From: Chloropicon primus
Lineage: Eukaryota
Length of the DNA stretch: 64,000 nt
NCBI GenBank assembly: GCA_023205875.1
Contig: CP060754.1
Coordinates: 1,736,001 to 1,800,000 of the forward strand
Reading direction: 5' to 3'
Notes under the pieces: generated by a model
Seen by the model: only the letters and a program-made list of their open reading frames with translations
What the model was told of the DNA's origin: nothing
Database searches by the model: none
Shown: one piece after another, positions 11,664-21,298 of the stretch
Position numbering within the stretch: the first letter of the stretch is position 1
Layout of the letters: every line of letters begins with the position of its first letter
Made by a program: the position numbers and the translations under genes

Positions 11664-12490
11664 TGACTCGCTTTGGACTTTGATTTTTACGACCCACGAA
11701 AACGGGAAATTGATTCATGTGTTTGTTGTGATATAGCTTAAGCCGAGGCCGAGGCCTCCGTAAAGCACCAGAGTAATCAGGCGCATGCGTTTGATCATCA
11801 AAGCCCAAGCCCAAGGTCCTACAGCGAACGAAAGAAGGCAGGGCGTGGAGGAGAAGCAGTTTTCTCCTTCTTCATCCCTGCATTTCATTGATCCCTCAGT
11901 CCTCCATCCATCCGCGATGAGGGACGAGTGATGATCGAGCGATGGACGCTCCGCTTGCCGCTTGCACGTTGGGATGCGTTAGACCCAACGACCGCCCTTT
12001 CCTCTTTCCTCTTTCCTCTTTTGCCACTTCACGTCATGCCACGTAAGTGAGCAAAAGCCAAGAGTAGTGTGTGCAACTAAACTTCACCTTTCCCTTTTCT
12101 CAGTCGCGTGTTGGTTTTGGTTGTGTGCTAAACCCCTGTTGTTCTCCTCCAATTCCTTCCTTCTCTCCTTGTCCTTCTTCCCTCCTCCCCTCCTCCCGAG
12201 CTCGTTCTCCTCCAAACCCTCGGAAAGTGCTGTGGTATCCTCCTTCTCCTTCTCCGTCGTCGTCGTCCCAAAGTCCTTCTCAGTCCGAGTTGGACAAGAG
12301 GAGAAATCCATCGCCGACAGCAAGGCAGAGCGCACAAGGGAGCGGCCGACGATCGGATCGGAAGAGGCTTGGCTTGGCTTGGCTTCACTTGGCTCAGTTT
12401 GGTTGTGAAAGAGGGAGGGAGTGATCGCGGTCGGTCGGTCGGTCGGTGAGGTTGTGTTCTTGTTGTTGTTGTGGTTGGTTTGTGTGAGGG

Positions 12491-15400
12491 ATGGCGGCGA
12501 GGCTAGCGGTGCGTCGCACGAGGACGGGGGGTACCGTGCAGGCGAGGACAGCGGGGAGGCAGGCCGTGGCCCCAAGGGTGGTGGCGAAGAGGACCCAGAA
12601 CAAGGCGGAGAAGACCAGGGCTTCTCGCGTGGTTTCATGCGCCGCCTTCGGAAGGAAGGGGAAGGCCCCAGCCAGCGTGAGGCCCAAGGCTGGGGGGCGC
12701 AGGGACGTCCTCCCAGTTTGCAAGGCGACAGACAGCAAGGCGGAGAAGCTCGTCGGAGTGGACGTGGGTGGCACCTTTACGGACGTCGTTTACACGGACA
12801 CCGCGACCGGAATCACTCTCACGCACAAGGTACGTTGCCCTTCGTTCGGTGGAGGAGGCCGGGGCGGGGGGCGCTACGCTCCGCCCCGCACCCCTCCTCG
12901 CTCGCCTTCTCTCTCTGGCGTGCGTCTTCGTGCTGACAGCAGATCGTTCTTTTCCTTGTTCTCCGCTTCCCCGATGCAGGTTCCAACGACGCCGGACAAC
13001 CCCTCCAGAGGCGTGCTGACCGGAATCCTTGAGCTTTGCGAGCGCCACGGGATCGACAAGGGCGAGATCACTCGCGTCCTCCACGGCACCACCACGGCCA
13101 CCAACGCCATCTTGGAGCAAGACGGTTGCGTTACCGGCATGATTACCACCGAGGGGTACAGGGACGTCGTTCACATCGGAAGGCACCAGAGGCCAGAGAA
13201 CTATTCCATCCTGCAGGAGGTTCCTTGGCAGGACAGGGTGCTGGTGAAGAGGAGGAACAGGTTGACTGTCAAGGAAAGGGTGGCGCCTCCAGACGGAGCT
13301 ATCCTCGAGGATCTGGACGAGGAAGGAGTCAGGGTTGCGGCGAGGGAGTTCAAGAGGAAGGGGATCAACGCCATTGCGATCTGCTTTCTGTTCAGTTACC
13401 TGAACCCAGAGCACGAGCAGAGGGCGGCGGAGATCGTCAAGGAGGAGTACCCAGAAGCCTTCATCACAACTTCGGCGGGGGTGTCTCCGATGTTCAGGGA
13501 GTTCGAGCGCTTCACGACGGCGCTGATCAACACCTACATCGGGCCAAAGGTTGCGAACTACGTCGACAACCTCGAGACTGGGCTGATTAACGCTGGAATC
13601 GGGGGAGACCTCCACGTCATGGCGTCGAACGGCGGGGCGTGCACCCCGCTCATGGTCAACGAGAAGCCGGTCCTCACGGTCCTCTCCGGCCCGGCTGCTG
13701 GAATTTTGGGCGCAAAGTGGGTCGGTGAGCTCTCCGGAAGCAACAACCTGATCACTTTCGATGTTGGCGGAACCAGTGCTGACATTGGTATCATCACGAA
13801 CGGGGAGTACGAGATGGCGAACGCCAGGGAGACCGAAATTGCTGGGTACCCTCTCATGGTCCCACAGATAGACATCCACACCATCGGAGCGGGCGGAGGA
13901 TCCATCGCTTACAAGGATGCCGGAGGAGCTTTCAAGGTCGGACCAAGGTCCGCTGGCGCTGTGCCTGGACCAGCCTGCTACTCGAGAGGAGGAACGGAGC
14001 CAACGGTCACGGATGCGAACGTCGTGCTCGGTAGACTTGTTCCCGATAACTTCTTGGGAGGAGAGATGTCCTTGGACCTGGAGTCCTCCAAGGTGGCGGT
14101 CTCGAACCTCGCAGAGGAGCTCGGCTTGTCCATGGAGGAGTGTGCCGAGGGTATTATCACCATCGCGAACGCGAACATGGCCAATGCCGTGAGCTCCAGG
14201 ACCGTGCAGAAGGGAGTCGATCCAAGGGAGTACGCCCTCGTTGCTTTCGGTGGCGGTGGATCCATGCAGGCCGCGGAGGTTGCGGGAATGCTGAACGTCT
14301 CGAAGGTGCTCGTCCCACCATACCCTGGTTTGCTCTCCGCCGCAGGTCTGCTCGTCTCTGACCTCAAGTACGATACCACGAGGACGGAGTTCCAGACCAA
14401 CAACAACGTGGACGTTGCCAAGATCAACAGGGATTTCCAGAGCATGGAAGATGAGCTCAGCGCTCAGCTCCAGAAGGACGGCGTGGACAAGAAGGATGCC
14501 GTCTTCACCAGGTTTGGCGACTTGAGGTACGCCGGCCAGGGCTACGAGCTTGGAGTCAGCTTCCCTCTCGGAGAGATCACAGAGGCGAACATGCACGAGA
14601 TTTGGGAGGAGTTCCACAAAGCGCACGAGCGCGAGTTCGGTCACTACTTCCGTGACAGCACCATTGAGCTCGTGAACATCAAGCTGACCGCAGTCGGAAT
14701 CACGGAGAAGATTCAGGAGCCCACCTACCCAGAGGGCAAGCAGGAGGGCGCCCTTTCTACTTGCACGAGTCTGTTCAGAGTGAACGGCAAGATGGAGTCC
14801 TTCGAGACTGCAATCTACGACAGGTGGTCGATTCCAGTGGACCAGGAGCTTGAGGGTCCTGCGATCATTTGCCAGAAGGACACCACCACGTTGGTTCCAC
14901 CGAACTGCACTTTCAAGAACTTCTCCAACGGCTGCATCGAGATCGACACAACTTCTCTGTGCAACACCGATGACATGGCTGAGGTGGACAAGGTGGACCC
15001 CGTGACTGCCGCGGTCGTCCGTGGAGAGCTCGAGAACATCGCTGTGGAGATGGGCTACAAGGTCGAGCGCATGGCGTACTCCAGTATCATCAGGGAGAGC
15101 AGAGACTTTGGAACGGCCTTGGTGAGCGCGAACGGCGACCAGCTGGCCGAGTCCAAGCAGTCCACGCCCCTCCAGAGTGGTCCAATCCCTGGCTACATCA
15201 GGGGGATCAGGAAAATCATGGAGGAAAGGGGCGAGGTCTTTGAGGAGGGTGACGTGATCATGCACAACGATCCCTACGGAGGAGCCTCCCACGGACCGGA
15301 CATCGGGTTCATCGTCCCGGTGTTTTACGAGGGCAACCTCGTTGGATTCTCTGGTTGCACGGCCCACCACCTCGATATCGGGTCCCTCACTCCTGGGTCC

Positions 15401-16780
15401 TGTGGAATTGTGGAGGCCGTCGATGCTTACGCGGAGGGTCTGCAGTTCAAGGCCATCAAGGTCATCTCTCGCGGCGAGAAGAACATCCCAGTGTGGCACA
15501 TGCTTGAGGATAACATCAGGACTTCGGACATGGTCAAGGGTGACATGGAAGCCCAGATCGCTGCCGCTCAGCAGGGAGCCCTCAAGTTCAGGGACCTCTT
15601 CAAGAAGTGGGGAACACAGACCGTCGAGGGGTCTTATGGCGACCTCCTGTCGTACAGTGAGAGGGTCATGAGGCAGGCCATCAGCGAGTTGCCTGACGGA
15701 GAGTACTCGGCCACCACTTACATCGATGGCTACCAGTATGCCGACGAGCCTCGGTACAAGGATCTTCCCATCTGCGTCACCCTCAGGGTCAAGGGTGATG
15801 AGATGGAGGTGGACTTGACAGGAACCGCAAAGCAGCTGGACAAGCCAATCAACATGCCTTTCAGCGGTACTGTCGACTGCGCCATCTGGCTCACGATCAG
15901 GAGCATTCTTTTGGACTCCACGATACACGGGTTCATTCCACAGAACACCGGGCTCATCGAGCCCATCAAGATCTACGCCCCTCCAGGGTGCTTGGCGAAC
16001 CCTATCTTCCCCGCGCCGACCATCGCGAGGTTCTGCCCCGGAAACCAGTTGGCCGACACGGTGATGAAGGCCCTGGCTCAGGCTGCCCCAGAGAAAGTGA
16101 GCGCTGGCATTGGAAACCTCAAGGTCATCTCCTTCAGCGGGGCCAGGCCAGACGACCCATCTCAGTACTGGGTGCACATGGAAATCTTTGAGGGTGCTTA
16201 CGGAGGCAGGAACGGCATGGACGGCATGGATGCCATTGACACGCTCTACGCCAACACCAGGAACAACCCCATCGAGGACATCGAGTCGCATTTGCCTCTC
16301 AGGGTGAACAAGTACGAGTTGAGGGAGAACGCTGCCGCTCCAGGCCAGTGGAGAGGAGGCTTGGGCTCCGTCAGGGAGTTCACCTATCTCGCGGACGGCG
16401 GCGCGAGCGTGGAGGGCGAGGGCCACAAGTACAAGCCATGGGGATTCGATGGCGGCTCTGACGGAGAGACGGCTTCCCTGCAGCTCACCAACGCCGTGGG
16501 AAGCACGGAAGACATGTACTCGAAGATGTCCTACAAGCCTGCCGAGAAGGGATCGAAGTTTACGGCCGTTGGACCTGCGGGAGGAGGATACGGCAACCCA
16601 CTCCTGAGGGACCCACGAAAAGTTTTGGATGACGTCCTCGACGAGTACATCACCAGCGAGACTGCCGAGGAGCAGTACGGCGTCGTGCTCGTGGGCTCCA
16701 AGTCGGAGGGCTACACCGTGGACGAGGGAGCTACCGCTGAGCTCAGGGCCAAGAGAGGAGAAGCAGTGAATGCTGTGTAA
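12491..16780 (+). CDS. ATP-dependent hydantoinase/oxoprolinase-family A+B fusion with N-terminal transit peptide; exons 12491-12829, 12980-16780
   Basis: HyuA motifs VGVDVGGTFTD, HGTTTATNA, SGPAAG, FDVGGTSAD, IGAGGGS, PTVTDAN. HyuB motifs VDPVT...E...MAYSSIIRESRDF, NDPYGGASHGPD, GGGYGNP. Intron 12830-12979 (GTACGT...GCTGAC...TGCAG). Confidence 0.9.
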   Translation: MAARLAVRRTRTGGTVQARTAGRQAVAPRVVAKRTQNKAEKTRASRVVSCAAFGRKGKAPASVRPKAGGRRDVLPVCKATDSKAEKLVGVDVGGTFTDVVYTDTATGITLTHKVRCPSFGGGGRGGGRYAPPRTPPRSPSLSGVRLRADSRSFFSLFSASPMQVPTTPDNPSRGVLTGILELCERHGIDKGEITRVLHGTTTATNAILEQDGCVTGMITTEGYRDVVHIGRHQRPENYSILQEVPWQDRVLVKRRNRLTVKERVAPPDGAILEDLDEEGVRVAAREFKRKGINAIAICFLFSYLNPEHEQRAAEIVKEEYPEAFITTSAGVSPMFREFERFTTALINTYIGPKVANYVDNLETGLINAGIGGDLHVMASNGGACTPLMVNEKPVLTVLSGPAAGILGAKWVGELSGSNNLITFDVGGTSADIGIITNGEYEMANARETEIAGYPLMVPQIDIHTIGAGGGSIAYKDAGGAFKVGPRSAGAVPGPACYSRGGTEPTVTDANVVLGRLVPDNFLGGEMSLDLESSKVAVSNLAEELGLSMEECAEGIITIANANMANAVSSRTVQKGVDPREYALVAFGGGGSMQAAEVAGMLNVSKVLVPPYPGLLSAAGLLVSDLKYDTTRTEFQTNNNVDVAKINRDFQSMEDELSAQLQKDGVDKKDAVFTRFGDLRYAGQGYELGVSFPLGEITEANMHEIWEEFHKAHEREFGHYFRDSTIELVNIKLTAVGITEKIQEPTYPEGKQEGALSTCTSLFRVNGKMESFETAIYDRWSIPVDQELEGPAIICQKDTTTLVPPNCTFKNFSNGCIEIDTTSLCNTDDMAEVDKVDPVTAAVVRGELENIAVEMGYKVERMAYSSIIRESRDFGTALVSANGDQLAESKQSTPLQSGPIPGYIRGIRKIMEERGEVFEEGDVIMHNDPYGGASHGPDIGFIVPVFYEGNLVGFSGCTAHHLDIGSLTPGSCGIVEAVDAYAEGLQFKAIKVISRGEKNIPVWHMLEDNIRTSDMVKGDMEAQIAAAQQGALKFRDLFKKWGTQTVEGSYGDLLSYSERVMRQAISELPDGEYSATTYIDGYQYADEPRYKDLPICVTLRVKGDEMEVDLTGTAKQLDKPINMPFSGTVDCAIWLTIRSILLDSTIHGFIPQNTGLIEPIKIYAPPGCLANPIFPAPTIARFCPGNQLADTVMKALAQAAPEKVSAGIGNLKVISFSGARPDDPSQYWVHMEIFEGAYGGRNGMDGMDAIDTLYANTRNNPIEDIESHLPLRVNKYELRENAAAPGQWRGGLGSVREFTYLADGGASVEGEGHKYKPWGFDGGSDGETASLQLTNAVGSTEDMYSKMSYKPAEKGSKFTAVGPAGGGYGNPLLRDPRKVLDDVLDEYITSETAEEQYGVVLVGSKSEGYTVDEGATAELRAKRGEAVNAV

Positions 16781-16828
16781 AGAAAATGGAAAGCTAATAT
16801 TATTTTTAGGAGAAAAAGAAAAACGACT

Positions 16829-17905
16829 TTAAGACGCTAGCACGGTGAGCGCAAGCTTTGCCACGGCCGCCAGGAAGACCCCGGTGACCGCAACGGTCTT
16901 CGTGGTCTCGATCATCTTCTCGGTAGCCTTCTTCAGCTGCACGTAGGCGTACCCCCCTATCGCCAGAGCCCCCAAGCCCCCGGCCACTGACAGTATGATT
17001 TGCGGGTCGAGGCCAGGGACCTGCAGGGCCTCCGTGTTGATCGTCGGAAGCCCCCCGGTCTCCTCCGGGAGGTCCAGAATGATGGACCCGAACGCGGCAA
17101 TCCCTCCGAGGCCGAAGGCGACGGCCAGAGGGCTCTGGGGCTGCCCCCTTCCCGCAGCGCCGTCCTCCTTGATCCCAATATCGCCAGATTCTGCGAAGCG
17201 CTTGAGGCCCACCTCGCCCCCCGCGAACCCGCCCGACGCTCCGATGAAAAATCCCGCGTCCTCCTTCCCCGGGTAGAGCCTCTCGTCGTCCTGGATGAAC
17301 TTCTTCCTGTCATCCACGTCCTTGGCGCCCTTCGGCTTCCCGACGTAGATCTTGTCCCTCCTCTTCTTGCCCAGGGCGGGGCCGATGGGCTTAGCGTCGC
17401 GAGTGGTGAACTCCTTCTCAGGGGTCTGGCCCACCGTGTCCAGGATCTCCCTCCTGATCTCCGCGTCAGGGATGCCGATGTCGCCCTTCGCCGAGTAGTT
17501 CTTCAGGCCCACCTCGCCCCCCGCGAACCCGCCCACCGCGCCGAGGAGGGGACCGACGTCCTCCCTCCCGGGATACAGCCTCTCGTCGTCCTTGATGAAT
17601 TTGGTTCTCTCGTTCACCTCCTTCTCGCCCTTCGGCTTCCCGACGTAGATGAGGTCGTCCCCCCTCCCGATGGGCCTCGCCCTGTTCTCCGGGAGCGGCT
17701 CTTCCGCCTTGGGCGACGACGAGGACGAGGACGCCTTGCCCTCCGGCTCGGCCGAGGCTGCAAACGTGGTCACCGTCCCTGGAGCTCGCTGCTTCCAACG
17801 CGCCCCTCCACGGCGGTGCGGTGCGGCAGAGGCGGAGGCGGAGGCTCCTCCGTTCGCGCGGCTCAAAGCACGGACCCTCAGCGCCATCTTGCAGCAGGAC
17901 GTCAT
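16829..17905 (-). CDS. Probable plastid/thylakoid membrane protein of unknown function with a duplicated ~50-aa motif
   Basis: Ala/Ser/Arg-rich transit-like N-terminus. Two copies of IYVGKPKG...KFI.DDERLYPG.ED.G...GGFAGGEVGLK. Three C-terminal hydrophobic segments. Confidence 0.7.
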   Translation of the reverse strand: MTSCCKMALRVRALSRANGGASASASAAPHRRGGARWKQRAPGTVTTFAASAEPEGKASSSSSSPKAEEPLPENRARPIGRGDDLIYVGKPKGEKEVNERTKFIKDDERLYPGREDVGPLLGAVGGFAGGEVGLKNYSAKGDIGIPDAEIRREILDTVGQTPEKEFTTRDAKPIGPALGKKRRDKIYVGKPKGAKDVDDRKKFIQDDERLYPGKEDAGFFIGASGGFAGGEVGLKRFAESGDIGIKEDGAAGRGQPQSPLAVAFGLGGIAAFGSIILDLPEETGGLPTINTEALQVPGLDPQIILSVAGGLGALAIGGYAYVQLKKATEKMIETTKTVAVTGVFLAAVAKLALTVLAS

Positions 17906-18169
17906 CTACAAACAGTCGTCGTCGCTCCGCGCTCGCTCGCTGGCCAAGGTCTCTAAAAAAATGAACGGATTAGAATGATCCGGACATCCCAAGGACAAGA
18001 TCCGGATCATCGCACGTGCTGGACTTTTAAAACGGAATGGGCGATGGAGGCAAGGCAACGCATCGGCGTTACAGGTTTTGTTTTTGTTTTTAATAAAAGA
18101 ACAGGCATTTTTATGCTCTTTTCTTCTTCCCTTTCTCCTCTCCGCTGCTGGATCCGTGGATACGGGGTC

Positions 18170-19960
18170 TCACAGCTTCTTTGGCCAGAAGTTGTACCCC
18201 ACGGAGTCCCAAAAGGCGAGCTTGGCGGAATCCTTTGTCGAGGACACCTCCAGCACCGGCTTGATCTTGAGCTCCAGCTGCCCCTCGGTCGTGAAGGGTG
18301 GCCACGCCGCGGCCAGGGACTTGGGGTCCTTCACGAAGGAAGACCACAAAGAGTTTGCGGACTGAGCGACTTTCTTGTCGTCCCGCGCGGCGTCTTCGCC
18401 AAAGCCGTTGAAGACGAACTGAAGCTCGTCCGCGTGGCACATCTTGTCCCTGCAAATCTGTCGCTGGCGGCGGTACGCCTCGACCTCCTGCTCCCCACCG
18501 GTCGTTGCGTTGCCCTTCACCTCGGGGCGGAAAAGGGATGGGGACTCGTTGTTGTACTCGAATTCGTAGGCGTACACATCCAACCCCGCCCTCGCGAACT
18601 CTTTCGCCGTCTTCCTCGAGGAAGCCTTGAAGAAGTAGTCCGTGCAAATCTCGTTCAGGATTTCCCTCGCGGTCACGTTCTCGTCGTCGGAGTCAAGCCC
18701 CAGCGGGTAATACTTCTGAATCTCGGGCTGCACGAGGGGAGAGAAGGCAACGTCCTCCATCATAGGCACTTCCACAATCGCATCGGAAGTGGCGAGATTC
18801 GCTCCGTGGCTGAAGACCATGTCGACAAACGTCACCCCCTCGTCGTGGTTGTTGCCGATCAGGAGTGGCACTTGATTGAACTTGCCGCTCTCGAAGGCGT
18901 CGACTGGATGGAGGGGAAGGTCCGTCGTGTTCAGAACCGGGTAGAAGGGCTCTGCCATCGCCATGGCTTGCTGGAAGACCAGGGGCTTTGCTTTGGCCGA
19001 GCTCATCAGCGTCGCCAAAGCGTCAAGGAACCGATCGCTAGGAAGGTCCCTCAAGCAAGCCTTGTAGTCCGCGGATTGCTGAGGACAATTCAAGGCTTCC
19101 ATGTAATCCTCGTAGAAAGAGTTCGGTCCGGTGGGGTGATTGTACGGCAAAGCGATGGTGCCAGATTCCACGATCGCCTGGTCGAAGAGTCCCTTCGCGA
19201 GCGGCGAAGCGAGGTGGGCGAGAATGCTCATGGCTCCCGCGCTCTCCCCGGCGACGGTGACCTTGGCGGCGTCGCCGCCGAAGCTCGATATGTGGTCACG
19301 AACGAATTGGAGCGCCATTCTCTGGTCCGAGAGCCCGTAGTTGCCTTTGAGCTCACCAAAGTTCAGCCAACCCAGAGCCCCGAGCCTGTAATTTATTGTC
19401 ACCAAAAGCACCCCTTCCTCGGCGAAGGATTGGGGGGTGAGCGCTCCCATACCACCGGTGCCTGAGACGAAGGCACCGCCGTGAATCCAGACCAAAACGG
19501 GCCAACCCTCCGGCGGCGCTTCGCCTTTGGGAACGAACACGTTCAGGTACAGGCAGTCCTCGCTTATGGCCGTTGGACACAACTCCGGGGTAAGGCAATT
19601 CGGGGGCTGGAGGCACGCAGCGCCAAACGTGGACGCAGAGATCTCGGTGGTGTTGCTCTGCCATCTTTTCGGCCTGGCATCCTGGAACCGAAGCGGCGGA
19701 TCCGCAAAGGGTATCCCCTTGAAGTCGTATGTGGCTTCTCCCTCCACGCCGCGAAAGGTGACGAGGCTGGAACCTTCCGCCTTGATGGTCCTCTCGAGAG
19801 GGTTTCTTTCTCCCTCCACGCCGCGAAAGGTGACGAGGCTGGAACCTTCCGCCTTGATGGTCCTCTCGAGAGGGTTTCCTTCAGCGGCAACCGCCGCGAT
19901 CACGGCGAAGAAAAACGAGAGCGCAGCGCACGCGAGGAACCTCCTCGTCGCTGACTTCAT
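18170..19960 (-). CDS. Secreted type-B carboxylesterase/cholinesterase-family hydrolase
   Basis: Signal peptide; FKGIPFA, SEDCLYLNV, WIHGGAF, NYRLG, nucleophile GESAG, NNHDEG and CHADEL (Ser-Glu-His triad). Confidence 0.92.
   Translation of the reverse strand: MKSATRRFLACAALSFFFAVIAAVAAEGNPLERTIKAEGSSLVTFRGVEGERNPLERTIKAEGSSLVTFRGVEGEATYDFKGIPFADPPLRFQDARPKRWQSNTTEISASTFGAACLQPPNCLTPELCPTAISEDCLYLNVFVPKGEAPPEGWPVLVWIHGGAFVSGTGGMGALTPQSFAEEGVLLVTINYRLGALGWLNFGELKGNYGLSDQRMALQFVRDHISSFGGDAAKVTVAGESAGAMSILAHLASPLAKGLFDQAIVESGTIALPYNHPTGPNSFYEDYMEALNCPQQSADYKACLRDLPSDRFLDALATLMSSAKAKPLVFQQAMAMAEPFYPVLNTTDLPLHPVDAFESGKFNQVPLLIGNNHDEGVTFVDMVFSHGANLATSDAIVEVPMMEDVAFSPLVQPEIQKYYPLGLDSDDENVTAREILNEICTDYFFKASSRKTAKEFARAGLDVYAYEFEYNNESPSLFRPEVKGNATTGGEQEVEAYRRQRQICRDKMCHADELQFVFNGFGEDAARDDKKVAQSANSLWSSFVKDPKSLAAAWPPFTTEGQLELKIKPVLEVSSTKDSAKLAFWDSVGYNFWPKKL
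19736..19878. repeat. 72-bp tandem duplication in the esterase N-terminus
   Basis: NPLERTIKAEGSSLVTFRGVEGE occurs twice; 71 nt are identical at a period of 72. Confidence 0.95.
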
Positions 19961-20403
19961 CTCGTAGGTTTTGTTGCAGCGGAGCTTCCTTCCATCCCGC
20001 TGGCCGGTGGCTCTAACCCCACCCAGTCCAGCTCCATCTCGACACCGAAAGCCCGTCACCCCTCCATCATTTTAACGCTCGTGATCTGCTCCTCCAGGGG
20101 GAACGAAGGAGGGAGGGGAGGGAGGATGAACGAGAGGAGAGACGGACGCATCGAGGAGGACGAGGACGAGGAGCAGGAAGAAAGGGATCGAGGCGATCTA
20201 CAGGGTGGTTCAGAATTCCGATGGCATCACAAGCAAGATCTTTTTCCCGAAAGGAAAGGGTGATGGAGGAGGAGGAGGACAAGAAGATCGGAGCGAGTGG
20301 GAAGGAGGCTATTTATGAATAGATTTACATAGCATTTTTGCAGTTAAGGATAGATTAGTTCACATTGACTGTTGCCTCCCCGATGCACCGAGCTCGTAGA
20401 TTG

Positions 20404-21030
20404 CTACCTGCCGTTCGACATGGCTTCCGTCAGCTCCATCTGCGCCATCTGTCCCTCGGCCGCGGCCTCTTTCATGACGGGAATCGCAAAGTCGGCTGGT
20501 CCCGCGGCGTACGTGGCGAGGTCGATCGCATCATAGCGGTCCACGTACTGGAGCACGTTCCTCCTGCCGCGAGGCCCCGCCTCAAAGTCGACGCCCGATC
20601 TCGGGAAGGGGGCGTTCTCGAAGGCGGGGGCTTCCGCCTCGAGCTCGGCGAGCGGGGTGAGGTCGACCGACGGATAGATCTTCTCCTCGTGCGGGAGGAG
20701 GCCCTGCGCCAGATCCTGGAGATCGGGCTGACCGTCGTCGTCCGACTGGAGGAGTTTCCTTCCGCGGAGGGGGTTCCACAAGAACAGCGATTTGCCCTGG
20801 TGACTCTTGATGCCGTCCTCGAGGTTCCCCCAACGCACGCGCCCGTGGGACATAGGACGCGCCACCGCGACCCCGACCTTCTCCGCGGCGTGGTACGCTT
20901 GGGCCTGGCCGGGCTTCAATCCCCCGCCGAGGTTGTCCAAGAAGGGGGAGCCTCCAAAAGCTCCCTGCGAGAGGGCTCCGGGAGCGGCCGAGGCCAGCAG
21001 AAGGGAAATCGCGAGCGTCGTGCACTTCAT
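20404..21030 (-). CDS. Secreted precursor-like protein of unknown function
   Basis: Signal peptide MKCTTLAISLLLASAAPGALS; internal RGRKLLQ and RGRRNVLQ; C-terminal NGR-stop. Confidence 0.7.
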   Translation of the reverse strand: MKCTTLAISLLLASAAPGALSQGAFGGSPFLDNLGGGLKPGQAQAYHAAEKVGVAVARPMSHGRVRWGNLEDGIKSHQGKSLFLWNPLRGRKLLQSDDDGQPDLQDLAQGLLPHEEKIYPSVDLTPLAELEAEAPAFENAPFPRSGVDFEAGPRGRRNVLQYVDRYDAIDLATYAAGPADFAIPVMKEAAAEGQMAQMELTEAMSNGR

Positions 21031-21298
21031 TTCTTCTTCTCTAGCAGTTCGTTCTTCGCGTCGTTGAGGAGGAGGATCGTCTTTCGATTCGCTTGGCTTC
21101 GTTCGTTCTCGCTCGCCGTCTTGGTCGAGCTGACTGAAAGGCCGACATCACAACAACCGCTGCATATCACTCATCACTCTATGTCCGAGATCAGAAAAAA
21201 AGCGTGATGTGATGCTGCTGCTCTGCAGATTTTTTAGATCAGCAAAGGCTCACTTTTTTGTCCCACCACCGCGCCAATCCAAGAGAACGAACGAGATT

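Noticed and set aside
11928..12050. Box C/D snoRNA starting at GTGATGA
   Set aside because: No CTGA box D at a suitable distance; kept only as a generic structured-RNA candidate.
12635..16426. 1263-aa antisense ORF, and similar long antisense ORFs opposite SMC3, SWI3, GAD and COPA
   Set aside because: Shadow ORFs produced by strong GC3 codon bias on the coding strand; no recognisable motifs.
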